From positions 62,001 to 126,000 of the forward strand of contig JALDZS010000007.1 in assembly GCA_022813965.1 (NCBI GenBank): DNA of 64,000 bases, read 5' to 3'. This DNA comes from Toensbergia leucococca. Lineage: Eukaryota. Of the stretch, positions 24,530 through 36,025 are shown one piece after another; the first letter of the stretch is position 1, and every line of letters begins with the position of its first letter. The position numbers were made by a program, and so were the translations under genes. The notes beneath the pieces were generated by a model. It was given only the letters and a program-made list of their open reading frames with translations. It had not been told where the DNA came from and ran no database searches.

Positions 24530-25218
24530 ATGGCGGCCTCCTGTGTATTCTGTAAAATCATCAAAGGTTCAATATCCTCGATAGCAACAAGCCATTCATA
24601 ATTAACCAGAGGACAGGAGAAATACCCTCCTTCAAACTCTTTGAAAGCGAGCGCATTTTCGCCTTCCTCGACATCCAACCTCTTAGTCGAGGCCATGCTG
24701 TACATATCGCCCAATTACCAATTACTCCGAAGGCACAGGGCTGACACTACAAAAAGCTCATAATACCCAAGCATCACGGCGCTAAACTCACGGATATACC
24801 AGATGATCAATTAGCAGAGATTCTGGTAAGCTTTACTACATATTCTCAAACTCTGCGGGAGATAGAATGGCAGATTTTGATTAACAGCAATATAGCCGCT
24901 TGCAAAGAAATTGGTTCATGCAACGGGTGCAGAGAATTACAACATACTTCAGAACAACGGGAGGATGGCTCATCAGCTTGTGGATCATGTATGTCTTTGC
25001 CCTCGGATTGGAGGCTGCAACCATTGTGCTTTGCTGATACAAGACTCTAGGTGCACTTTCATATGGTAAGTAAGAACCCTCAATAGGGAACGAGTCCTTC
25101 TAATGTGCAGATACCCAAACCAACCGAATCAGAGGGATTAGGTATTGGCTGGCCAGCGTCTGAAACAGACATGGACAGATTGAAGTCAGTGTTTGAGGCC
25201 ATCAAGGCCAAAATGTGA
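24530..25218 (+). CDS. HNT1: HIT-family nucleotide hydrolase (Hnt1/HINT1), 6 exons; absent from the ORF track
   Basis: Spliced translation MAASCVFCKIIK|GEIPSFKLFESERIFAFLDIQPLSRGHA|LIIPKHHGAKLTDIPDDQLAEIL|...YNILQNNGRMAHQLVDH|VHFHM|IPKP...AIKAKM*; HxHxH triad. Confidence 0.93.
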
Positions 25219-25410
25219 ATTGCAAGATCGGTGCTCAAGCAAGTTCTTTCGTTGATTTAAGATATTAGCAGTAATGTTCAACATGTCCGGCCTCGGACCC
25301 TAGCGTTTAGCATAGCATAGCATCAATAAAGTCATATATATTGACTCCTTCAAGCCCATCCAGACCTATGCAAATGCTTTTCCAACGCCTGAATGTGTAC
25401 AGCAGTTCGA

Positions 25411-27279
25411 CTAGTCCAAATCATCTGGAGCATGTCCTGCCGGAATGGGTCCATTGTGGTTCTGGGAAGAAACAGCGCCATTAGAAGAGCCGTAGAATTC
25501 AATCACGCCGCCCGTTCTGATTATCCCACTTCGATCACATAGCGTTCGCGCTCTAAGGTACGGATCTATCTGCCAATAGCCCTTTCGCAATCGCTCTGCT
25601 AGCTCACTCCTCTTCTGCTGTGGTTCGATTTTTGGATTTTTAGCCCAATCATGCGTGGCAACCTCAAATTCTTTTACTGTAGCAGCTCGCTCATCTGCAA
25701 GTCGCTGTTTGGTGCTGCTTTCCGTTATCTGATTGTTTTCGCCTGGTTCGGGCTCGATATACTGATAGGTCCATGGGTCGTCTCCCCCAAGTTCTTTGAT
25801 AATGTGGCTTCTTGAAACGAATTGCTCCAGTTCTTCCACGTTCTTTGTGAAGTGAACTTTACCGGCCACAACAGGGTCTAGCCAGCCCTTGATGATTTTC
25901 CATATACCTGTTGTAGTCAGGGAAATATCCCACTCATGGAAGGAAGGGGTCAAACCTTGGAATATCCACGGTGATTTATGCACAAGGACTACACCGAGAC
26001 TTTCAGGGTAGTTGGCCTCGAAACACTTGATCATAAACTTAACAGGAGTATAGTCCTATAATCGTGAGCGTAATGCTTTCTTTGTAAAATCAGAAGTCTC
26101 ACCATATTTGCCATGGAGAAACCTGTCATATCAAAAACAACAGCCTACAAACAGACTCAGTAATGATCAGTGTAGTATTTCAGCATAATAACATACCGCA
26201 GTATCGACATGATTTGTAAGAAGAAGTCGAGCAGTCTCAATCACATACACTGTATACCTCTCGAGGCTTGCCTCACTTTGTTCCCCTTGTTTATGTAATC
26301 GGACCCTCACAAAACACATTGGTCGACCCTCCTTATCTGTGCCATGTAAAAAGCTTTTACCCATCCTTAATTGAGTCATGAAATCCTCGCCTTCTTTCCT
26401 TACGGCCGCCTCGGAGCTTTGGCTGTCTGTCAATGCACCACCTTCACCCTTGCGGATGACATCGTCATCAACATGCATGTCTTGCATTCTCCAGTGCATC
26501 GTGGTAATCAGCATGATAAGAGCCTTCTCTACATCCCACTTTCGTGCTCGAAGGAATCGGAGTACCAGTGCATCAGGATGATCGTGTTTTACCATACTCC
26601 AGAATGCGTTTCGAAGGTCGTCCGGAGACTGTGAAGCAATCACTTCGTGAAATTCCTTGGTCTGCCCATATTTGTCTTCAGAATCTATCTCAGAGTCGGC
26701 GTGTTCTCCTTCAATGTCCTCACCACTGGGGTCGTCGTTATGTCTCCGGCTGAATAAGCTCTTCCGTTTTTTCTTTTTCTTGTCGGAAGTCACTGTACCC
26801 GCTCGTTGCCGTTGATCGGGTTGGTCAGGGCTGTCGGACCAAGTTTTCAATTCTCCAAGACCATCGACGTTGCGATTGCCAGGAAATGAAACCCCAAAGA
26901 CCTTGAGCATTGAAGTCCATAATTCTTGTAGCTTTACCTCTTGATCTGGTGTCAAATTGCCAGGTCGTCCAGGAGGCGTAATGCCAACCATACTATTATA
27001 GTATTCCTCCTTTGTTTGAACCTCGTTGTCAGGCTGATTTCCCCGTTCCTCTGATGCGCCGGACGGTCTGTATAAGAGTATAGATCCTCCCAGCAGAAAA
27101 GCTGCGGTAACAGCAAGAGTCAAGGGTGCACTAATGGTGCTTTCTTTATTAGGTCTTAGTCTTAGGATCCTAATGTTTGTCTTATTCAATGTGACGATGG
27201 AATTCCTGATGATTGGATATTGTAATCGGAAGGGATGAATATGACAGTGGGCATGCCGGTTGATACAGCGCAAGAACAT
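25411..27279 (-). CDS. CSR1: CRAL-TRIO/Sec14-family phosphatidylinositol transfer protein (Csr1/Sfh2-like); start at 27279 or 26991
   Basis: PGRPGNLTPDQEVKLQELW, HDHPDALVLRFLRARKWDVEKAL, VFDMTGFSMANM|DYTPVKFMIKCFEANYPESLG, IIKGWLDPVVAGK. Confidence 0.9.
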
Positions 27280-27541
27280 GTATCAAAAACCCTGACTGTG
27301 CAATCGCAAGTGGAGACAAGACACCATATGACGCTATCTAAATGAAGCTGAAGCCCTAAATCCAAAGGTGGTCTGACAGCATGCCCGGATCTCGTCGTCA
27401 TTGTGCATTTTAGTCCTCCATGGCATCATCTTAGTTTGTCACGTGCATCGGCCAACGGCCTCTTTTATGTACGAGCCTTTTGGCCCAATTCCAGCTGCAA
27501 GTACAATCTTCATATATTTAATTCAGCCATTGGTCTTCATC

Positions 27542-28335
27542 ATGGACGGCAATACTATCAAGAGGTCCTCATCGCGAAATCGACCTTCATCAAGACCCAC
27601 TACGCCCCTGCGTCCTAGTTCACGGACTTCGTTGAGGGAAGGTCAAGGCTACGGTGCTGGGAGCAGTTCGTCCGAATTTCCATTAGAAACAATGGAGCCT
27701 GCATTTGCAGAGCTATCAGACTCTATGGCAGATCTTGAAGCAAATTTTATGCATCTTCAGCTCATGCATGAGAGCTTATCAAGATTCAACGAGAGTTTTG
27801 CGAGTTTCTTGTATGGTCTGAACATGAACGCCTTCTGCGTGGATTTCCCGGAGGTCTGTAGTCGGACACTGTGCTGCATCAAGCTGTTCTTGACTTAGCG
27901 TACCAGGCACCAATATCGGATTCGTTCAAACGTGCACGGCAGAATGAAGAGAGTTCAGGTGTGAATGAATGCTCTGAATGTTGACACACAGTATCTCATG
28001 TTTGTGTAGTAGGGCAAGCCACAATGCCAGACAAGTATCAGTCAGATTTTGATCCTGAAGCGACCTTCATGTGAGCGGACTCTATCTGCTTCTGGGCTTC
28101 TATATGCTTAATCTCGTTTTCCAGGACGACTGATACATCGTTTGTTGATAGTCCTCCTGCGTCTTCTCGACCTACTCCTAAATATGGTGCGCCAGCTCCG
28201 GCACCACGGTCGAGCTCTGGGCTCAATAAGCGGGGGGGAACAAATGTAGGTAGTAGGGGTGGAACAACACGCAGTGATGGACGAGGAACAAGAGGTAGTG
28301 GTCTTGCAAGAGCGAAGCCTCGTGGCGTAAGATGA
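27542..28335 (+). CDS. DAM1: DASH/Dam1 kinetochore complex subunit Dam1, 4 exons
   Basis: SRPTTPLRPSSR, EPAFAELSDSMADLEANFMHLQLMHESLSRFNESFASFLYGLNMNAFCVDFPE|AP, ATFM|TTDTSFV, RG-rich tail. Confidence 0.93.
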
Positions 28336-29266
28336 GAAAGTCATATATTAGGTCTTCATATCCAATGGTCTTGGACTACCTTAGCCAACCTAGTCGTGGT
28401 ACTCGTGGGGTGATGTGGTCTTCGAATGTGTCGCCGAAAGCTAGGGCGGAAGACTACCTATCCAAACACAATTCGACAATACCCACCGAAATGGCGATTA
28501 CTCGGGCAGAAATTCGAACATCGACCAGGTCTCTCTCCCAAGGTCGTGTGATTCATATGGCCAAAAGAGAACATAATCGTCGACGTCAAGGCATAATCAT
28601 CATAGTGGATGTTCCCACCCTATGTTCAAAGCTTCGTTTCTCGAAAACGGCCACTAATTCTGCTGGCTTGAGAAAGCGATTCAGAAAGGTATGGTTGGGC
28701 TGTCTACTCTCTACAGTTCTTGGCGAATAATTTTATGATACAACCGTGTAATGCTGTGAACAAGAAATAGTATCAGCTTTGCGGCTATGTAAATTGTCCA
28801 CCTTGATCTTGAGTACCTACCTACCTAGCTAGACATGCTCGCATGAATAAGCCCTAATGGATCTCAATCAAGCCAAGCGTGGTTTCAGCGGGAGATCGGC
28901 GTTTAGGCTTTCGCTAGTGGCATGCACAATAAGATGTGGACTCTTCCTCTCTTATTGTACTTGCAAATGTACTTCGTTTCTTTTATAATTGTCGTCTCTG
29001 TTGCTTGATTGACAAAATGTAGTGCCTGGTGCTAAAGCTGTCTCTCTTTTGCTTTTCCCTGTCTACATCTTTCTCGCATGCTTACTTGAACAACTGCAAT
29101 TCCACAGTTTTCTGCTCAGACCCTCTTTCCTGCGCTTGTACCCCTCTACCATCTCAGCATTTACCACCTTCTCTACACTATAGTTCATAGCTACTTTATT
29201 GCTTCTTTTTTCATTTTAGCCTCTTACCTCGATGGGTCTCATGGGAAAATAACAAGCCGGCCCGCC

Positions 29267-31220
29267 ATGGATAAATCAGGCACACCGGCAAAGGCTGCAA
29301 CACCCTCGTGCAGTGTTAAGCCTACCCCCAGGATAGAGTTCGGCTGCGGTATGTCACCATTTGTTTCAATTCTGTCCATTTGTGTTGAATCGTGTCCCTA
29401 ATCCCTCCAGAGCATCTCCAAGAGATGATGTCCCAATCGCCAAAGATCACTGAACAATTCTTGAATTCATATACATGCTTGCAAAGCGCAATCTCAAAGA
29501 ACCCAAAGGTAGCAATTCAGACAGTCGGAGACTCTAAAGCTTCAAAAAATAGGCCTTCCGTGGTCCTCTGTCCCACTTTTTTGTGCACTCAATGCACCAG
29601 TATTTGTACGATCAAAGAACGGGATGCCCATCGCATTGATAGGAAGCACATTTTTTGTAAGCTAATTTAAAAATTGGAACTAATATACTCTCTGACCATT
29701 CTCCTAGATGTAGAGTCTCGATCAGGTTGTCTGCATTGTGGATTGTGCGATGACTTCGTTTATGATCCAGAGCTCGAGAAGGTACGCCGACAACAGCCAC
29801 CTTGTACCTCCACAAGTAAGTGCTCTGTGCTCCATGATAGCTACGCTAACAGCCGGAAAGTAAGCCGGAAGCGAAAGCCGAGCGCTATATGCCAACAAGA
29901 CGAAGATGACAAGTTTCTTTTCCCAAACCTATCATCGATGCCCTGTCAAACGGGTTCTCCAAGAGGCCTCTACAATCTTGGCCTGACATGCTACATGAGC
30001 GCGATTCTTCAAGCCATGATACACAATCCCTTGATGAGAAATTACTTCCTTGCAGGCCGGCATAGCACTGCAGATTGCACCGCAAAGTTTTGCATTGCGT
30101 GTGCTCTTACAAGGACATTCACTGAGATGTTGACTACTGATAAGATTGACGGATATCCCCCGGTTGAGTTGCTGTACAGATCATGGAAGAGTCATCCAGT
30201 TTGTCTAATCTTGAACCTTCGATGGCTGTGGCTGACTCAAGTACAGGGCCTTGCTGGTTATCAGCAACAAGATGCACATGAGTACTTTCAGTTCATGCTC
30301 AACGCTCTCCATGAGTCCGTTGGGTGTGAGAAGGTGAACGGCTCTCAAATGTGCAGATGCTTGTATCATCAAACATTTTCGGGAAGGCTACGTAGTACAA
30401 TCATATGCATGAAATGTAAGAATGTCACTGAAACCGAAGATCCTTTCATCGACCTGAGTCTTGATATCCAAGGTCAGGTTAAGCGTCGTAAGCTCGATGC
30501 AAATGGTGCAGGCGTAGATGTGCCTTTAGATCTTGCTGGTTGTCTTGCGAACTTCACGAGCTCAGAACGACTTACACCAGACGGATATACCTGTGGGTCT
30601 GAGCGATGCGGAAGCACTTCGCAGGTGGGGAAGAAGCGTCTAACAATCAAAAAGCTTCCTCCGACATTGTGCATACAGATAAAGGTAGGGTCATGTTCAG
30701 AGAAAAGTTCTCCTCGATACTAACTTACCTACAGCGCTACGAACACAAAAACACAAACTCAGTAAAGATCAATACTAAGCTTGACTTCCCCCTTCAACTT
30801 GACATGGTCCCCTACACTACCCGTGCGCTTCGCCAAAAACAATCTGCCAAAAACCTCGATTCCACGTCACTCATCCTCCCAATCACGCCCAACTCTTCAG
30901 GCTGGTACGACCTCTTTGCCGTCATTGTACACATTGGGAAGATAGATGGAGGTCATTACATTGCCTACTGCCGCCGCGACAATCAGTGGTTTAAGTTTGA
31001 TGACCACAAAGTCACTCTAGCGACCGAGGCCCAGGTGCTGGATGCAAATGCGTATTTATTATTCTACTTAATACGCTCTCTTGGTCCTGCGCGTGTGGAG
31101 ACTAAGTCTCTTGAAACCAAGAGATCATCTACGTCTGAGAACCACACCGCCCCTGGTGGACCTTCCACATCTGAGAAATCCCCCCTCTGCAATGCACCGA
31201 AAACACCAGAGAGCCCTTGA
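29267..31220 (+). CDS. UBP8: Ubiquitin-specific protease with ZnF-UBP (SAGA deubiquitinase Ubp8/USP22 type), multi-exon
   Basis: Zn finger CLHCGLCDDFVYD, Cys box GLYNLGLTCYMSAILQ, GYQQQDAHEYFQF, His box VHIGKIDGGHYIAY...WFKFDD, AYLLFY. Confidence 0.9.
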
Positions 31221-31425
31221 GATTCATTACCAGGGACCGAAAGACACGCATCCCTTGATCATCTACGCATTGCACGAAAAGCGGCATTTCACTCAATAGC
31301 AGGCATCACACACCAGCTTCCGATTGCATCTTCCAACAGCATACCGACTCACCTCCACCTCTCATCGCAAAAAGCAAAACACTTCAGGTTTTCACATTCC
31401 AATTTCAGACCATTTTACGGGCCGG

Positions 31426-31460
31426 GCATAGCGTAGCATAGCATAGCATAGCATAGCACG
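31426..31460 (+). repeat. Pentanucleotide tandem repeat (GCATA)n, about 7 units with 2 variants
   Basis: GCATA GCGTA GCATA GCATA GCATA GCATA GCACG read directly. Confidence 0.9.
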
Positions 31461-32007
31461 GCGTTACAGAGGGTGAATAGATACCCACAAAATCACATGA
31501 TTGTCGGATAGGAATAGCAGTACATTCTTGGCCGGGGGGGCGGAGGTTTTGGCTTATTTTTTTTCAGAGTAATAACTTCTCGCATAGACAGTCAGGGGCA
31601 TTGGAGCTGCGTCAATTTTAGGTACATAACTTGGAAAGGATATGAGTACAAAGCCGTAGCGCTTCACATCCTCATCCATATCAAAAAGGCAATACCCCAG
31701 GCGTGTGATACAGCTCCCGAAACAGAGTATGAAACGATAGTAGCGCAGAGCGAGCAAAAGAGATGGCAAGAGGAATAACAAGAACAGAAAGGGAAACAGT
31801 CGTTACAGATTCCGTTGATTACAAACCCGGTATCGATGAGTCTGACCAAGAAACCAACAACAAAGATGCCATGTTTCCTATTCATACTTACCGGATACAC
31901 TACATGCCATAAACAGCGATGCCCAAAACAAAAATAAGCCTATAGTACAATGTCCCTAAAATCCTCTTACCTTCTCCAATATCTCAAAGCCTACCAACCT
32001 AGATCCC

Positions 32008-33141
32008 TCAGGGCCCTAACCGCTGTGTCGAAGCCATGTAAGTCATCGGCACCGAGCCCTCCCCTACGCCCGCCATCGAGGATGGCGCAGTCGTAGTGGG
32101 CAAGACGCCGTAGCGGCCGTAGGTGTTTTGGTCGATGGAGACATAGTGGGGGAGTCTGCCGAGGAGGTTTAGTTTTCCTTCGATCCAGCGGAGGACTTTT
32201 TCGGGGGGCGCGAGGAGCTTGAGGTAGCCGAGGCCGTCTGAGAAGGGTGGTTAGTTCGGGGGTGGGTTGGTTAGGGGAGAGGTGGGTAACGGACATAGAT
32301 AGCCTATTGCGAGGCCGCAGAGGTGGCCGAGGACGGATGTGTTGGGGACGAGGGCGGCGACGAAGATGAGGGGTGCTAGAGGGGTGGTCCAGGTTGGGAT
32401 TCTGTATGTGCTTATACTGAAAGGTGGGTATTAGTGAGTACATCTCGAGCGGAATATTGAAGGGGAGGACTCACGCAAAATAGGGATTCGCTTTGTAGGC
32501 TTTTATACTTTCGAAACCTAGGAGTAAGAATACCCATATGCTGAGGGCATGTTTAGCGACTAGCTTTTCTGGGTTTTCCATGAATGTTTCGCTCCGCACC
32601 TTGCCCCCAGTACGGCTGTGTTGCTCCTCAAAATTATCTTCTCCACTAGGAAGTACGCACCACCGGGGAAAGTTGATAGAGCTGGAGAAATATAATCTCA
32701 GCTGAATTTCTCAACAGATGAATGGAAGAAAGAAGCACATACGGCCGGCGAACATAGCAATGGTCAGGAGAGTGCCATGCTCAGCCTCAAACCTCTCCAA
32801 TAGGGGGGTCAATGCAAGTATATTGAGCAGGGCGTGAAGGAAATTCAGGTGGACGATAGGGTAGGTATTCAACCGGTACACTAGGGCATATCCTTTTCAG
32901 CTAGTTGCTCCTTCATCTCCCCAAACCCCCTATTTCTTATATGGCGGGCAAAAAACATACTGGTGCCGAAGCCCATCTCGTTTGGTATCAGAGCTCCCCA
33001 TTTCTTCACATCCCATGCAGACTGCAGCTCCAGTATCCCAAATACAGTAATGAGAACGATTATCATACGGGTGAAAAGAGGTAGGCGGAAGATGTATGAG
33101 CGGAGTCTGGTTGGGTTGAATTGCGGGAGAGTGGGTGCCAT
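32008..33141 (-). CDS. RBD2: Rhomboid protease Rbd2, 6 exons
   Basis: RLRSYIFRLPLFTR, YRLNTYPIVHLNFLHALLN, LERFEAEHGTL, catalytic GAS (split by an intron), SVLGHLCG, HYVSIDQNTYGRYGVLPT...RLGP*. Confidence 0.9.
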
Positions 33142-33467
33142 TGGACAGGAGGCTGAATTGGGTAGTTGAAGCTTGGAATACGGTCTATCTCATGTGGTGC
33201 TGCAGTATCCTAGGCAATGCTATACAAATAGCAGGATGATATGGACGCTTCATTGCTGAATCTGGTCTTTGGTGTTGACTTCTGTCTTTTCTGACAAAAT
33301 TGGCGCGCGGGCTTGGCAACGGTCGGAAACTGAAATTGGCCGTGCTAGCGTTCAACATTGAACGTGACCTTTTCTTACATCGTCGACGACATTGAGCCGA
33401 CATTTCATAATATGGGGCATCTTGATTGAGCAAAGCTGCCTCAAGATCGACGTGTCCACTGGTAAAT

Positions 33468-34470
33468 ATGGCCGACCACCACCAGGATGAAGAAGAAACA
33501 CCGTGAGAAATATTTTCACTCAAGGCATAGCATAGCCTTGAAAGCTAATTTAAGCCAAGTCAGCTATCAAGCGATGTCCTTGCTGCCCTGCAGGATTTTT
33601 ATTCAGAAAGAGACTCTAGTGAGAAGCGATTCGAAGACTTGAAGGCTGCCACAGACCGCCAAGACTTGACCACTCTCCTTTCTATGGAAATGTTCACCGA
33701 GGATTGGAATGCGAGTCAATTCTGGGTGCTTACTTCTACTATTAAGAAACCGAACTCTTCTCAAACATGCTCAGTATAGTGACGACACAGCGACCTTACT
33801 AGCAAAGCAACTTCTTGAAGGTGCAACATCAGAGACGTGTATTGCTGTCGTATCTGCCCCGAGCGTTTTTATTCAACTTAAGAACTTGCTTGTGAGCTTC
33901 CTGTCTCTCCAGCAGTATCCGTCCTTGAGCCAACATGTTCATTCAAGTGTAGATTTCAGGCGCATATGCTGAAATACCTCGAATCTCCCTTCTTGAATTC
34001 GACAAGCGTTTCGACATGTTTCCGGAATTTGTTCATTATGACTTTCAGTCTCCACTGAAACTGCCATGTAAGTAGTGCGACTCAATCCACGTCAGCGTAT
34101 ATCCATGACTGACAGTGAGAGTAGTAGATCTCAAGGGGAAATTTGACCGGATCATATGCGATCCTCCATTTCTGAGTACTGATTGCCAGACTAAAGGCAG
34201 GTGTTTCAATCTATGGGAACCTACATGTAGTACTGCTTATTTCTATGTCCCCTTACAGCAGCTGTGACTGTGCGCTGGCTTTCAAGAGTAGTGCCGTCAG
34301 GGCATCCAGGAGTACGCGTCACAGTCTGCACTGGCGAGAGAATGGAAGAACTCATCATTAAGCTCTACTCCGGTATTCGGACGACCACGTATGAACCTCA
34401 GCATGCTCAAGGCCGACTGAGCAACGATTTCAGATGCTATGCAAATTACGACTGCGGGGACTGGTCATGA
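33468..34470 (+). CDS. EFM5: eEF1A lysine N-methyltransferase (Efm5/N6AMT2/EEF1AKMT1), multi-exon
   Basis: LSSDVLAALQDFY, FTEDWNASQFW|YSDDTA, IAVVSAPSVF, LLEFDKRF, ICDPPFLSTDCQTK, CTGERME, RLSNDFRCYANY. Confidence 0.92.
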
Positions 34471-35207
34471 CAATTACTGCGACTACTCAAGTATGGTACG
34501 GGATCTCAAAGTCCTTGAAATGCTGTCTCGTACGTTGCTTAGTGTATTACAAGAGTCATTCGCTAATGTTCATTAAAGCCTGCTTCGTGTTTTTTATTTA
34601 ATAATTTTGATATATGCAGGTTCGATATACGCAATGTAGCTTCTCTCGAGCGATGGAGACATTCTCACTCTCACTTGAAGCATGCTTAAATTACACTGTG
34701 AATTTCTTGAATACTTCCTGAATTTAAGAGCTTTGAAGGCGGTTGGGGGCGAGTAACGCGAAAATATGATCTTCAACAGTGCTCTCTGCCCGAACGACCA
34801 CACAAATACATAGCATATCCTTTCTCGACATATCGTCATGTTGTCATCAAATGCTAGGATGCTGTCCTGATACCTTACAAAACAGGAGAAATAAGTCCTT
34901 AGTACAACCCTCCGTTACAACTTATGTCGAATACTTGCCCTGTAAGATTTGTCTGAACACTTTATCTGAGTGATCACGTCGACATGCTCTGGTCGCATTT
35001 CGTTCAAAAACTTGATGTTCGTACTCTCACACTTGCTTTTCTCTGTCCTTCGATCGAGCATGCCAGCGCTCTCTTCTTCGTGTCGTAAGCTTCCCTCTGG
35101 AAGTGCTCCAGCAAGGAGTTCACTTTCTGGAGGTAATTGAGCGCAGCGCTGAATCGAGACGATGAGATTGATGTATCTTGTCACACGTGGATCATTCTTG
35201 ATTTACT

Positions 35208-35223
35208 CTACGAGTACTCGTAG
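35208..35223. repeat. Perfect 16-bp palindrome CTACGAGTACTCGTAG
   Basis: The sequence equals its own reverse complement; it lies between EFM5 and the YTP1-like gene. Confidence 0.9.
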
Positions 35224-36025
35224 TTTTAACTCGATACTTCGGATTGGTCATGTGGTCGGACTTAAGTTCTGGTCGTTTAGAATACTATTGTCCGAATCAA
35301 TCTTAGCGAACGGTGAGCCGGCACTCCCGGCACACATTGGTCCGGAGGTAGATCCGAAGACGCTGGTGACGCTTGTGCCCTTGTGGATGTGACTCTTGTG
35401 ATTTTTATAGTACTCGTACTACGGAGTAGCCAAGGATGAATAATCCTTTCTGCAGTGTCTGCTGATGCAACTGTCATTTAGCTGCTGGCGTTGCATGGGA
35501 TGGTGCCCAAATATCTATGTGGGTTGCGCTAGGATTCTACACATTTCCATGATCGAACATAGATGGTGATGCCGTGCGCTCCGAGCCTCTCACCGTCGAT
35601 GTCACAAAGAGCTAGAACTTGCATCCGCGTGGTGCCGACTTGAATTATTCTCATACGAGTAAACTTTTAGCGAAGAAGGCTCTAGGTTTGCTACCAAACT
35701 TCCGCCATCTGCTGCACTTCTTAATTCCGAGCGCACCGAAGGTGGCCTTGCTGACAATCGACAGTCATCACCTGCTTCCCATACCAACGTTTAAAATGTC
35801 GTTGCTCCCTACCTTACCTTTTCCGCATCGATTCGACCACAGTCCCCGCCCGCCCTCAAGCCAGCCACCACAACTGCCCAGCTTTAGTCCGAATCCTCAG
35901 TACAAACGCTACCTTTCTCACTCACCGCCTTGAACCTTGCCTTGACTAAGATAAGTCTCTGTCGCACTCTTGCCATAACATAACGACACCCCTTCTCGGT
36001 ACCAACTCATCGACTCGTTGGGCTC

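Noticed and set aside
31600..31610. ATTGGAGCTG, complementary to a stretch of 18S rRNA (possible snoRNA guide)
   Set aside because: Only 10 nt, with no adjacent box D and no proper box C.
31884..31960. ATACTTACC resembling the U1 snRNA 5' end
   Set aside because: The downstream sequence shows no U1 stems or Sm site; better read as a minus-strand donor-like site.
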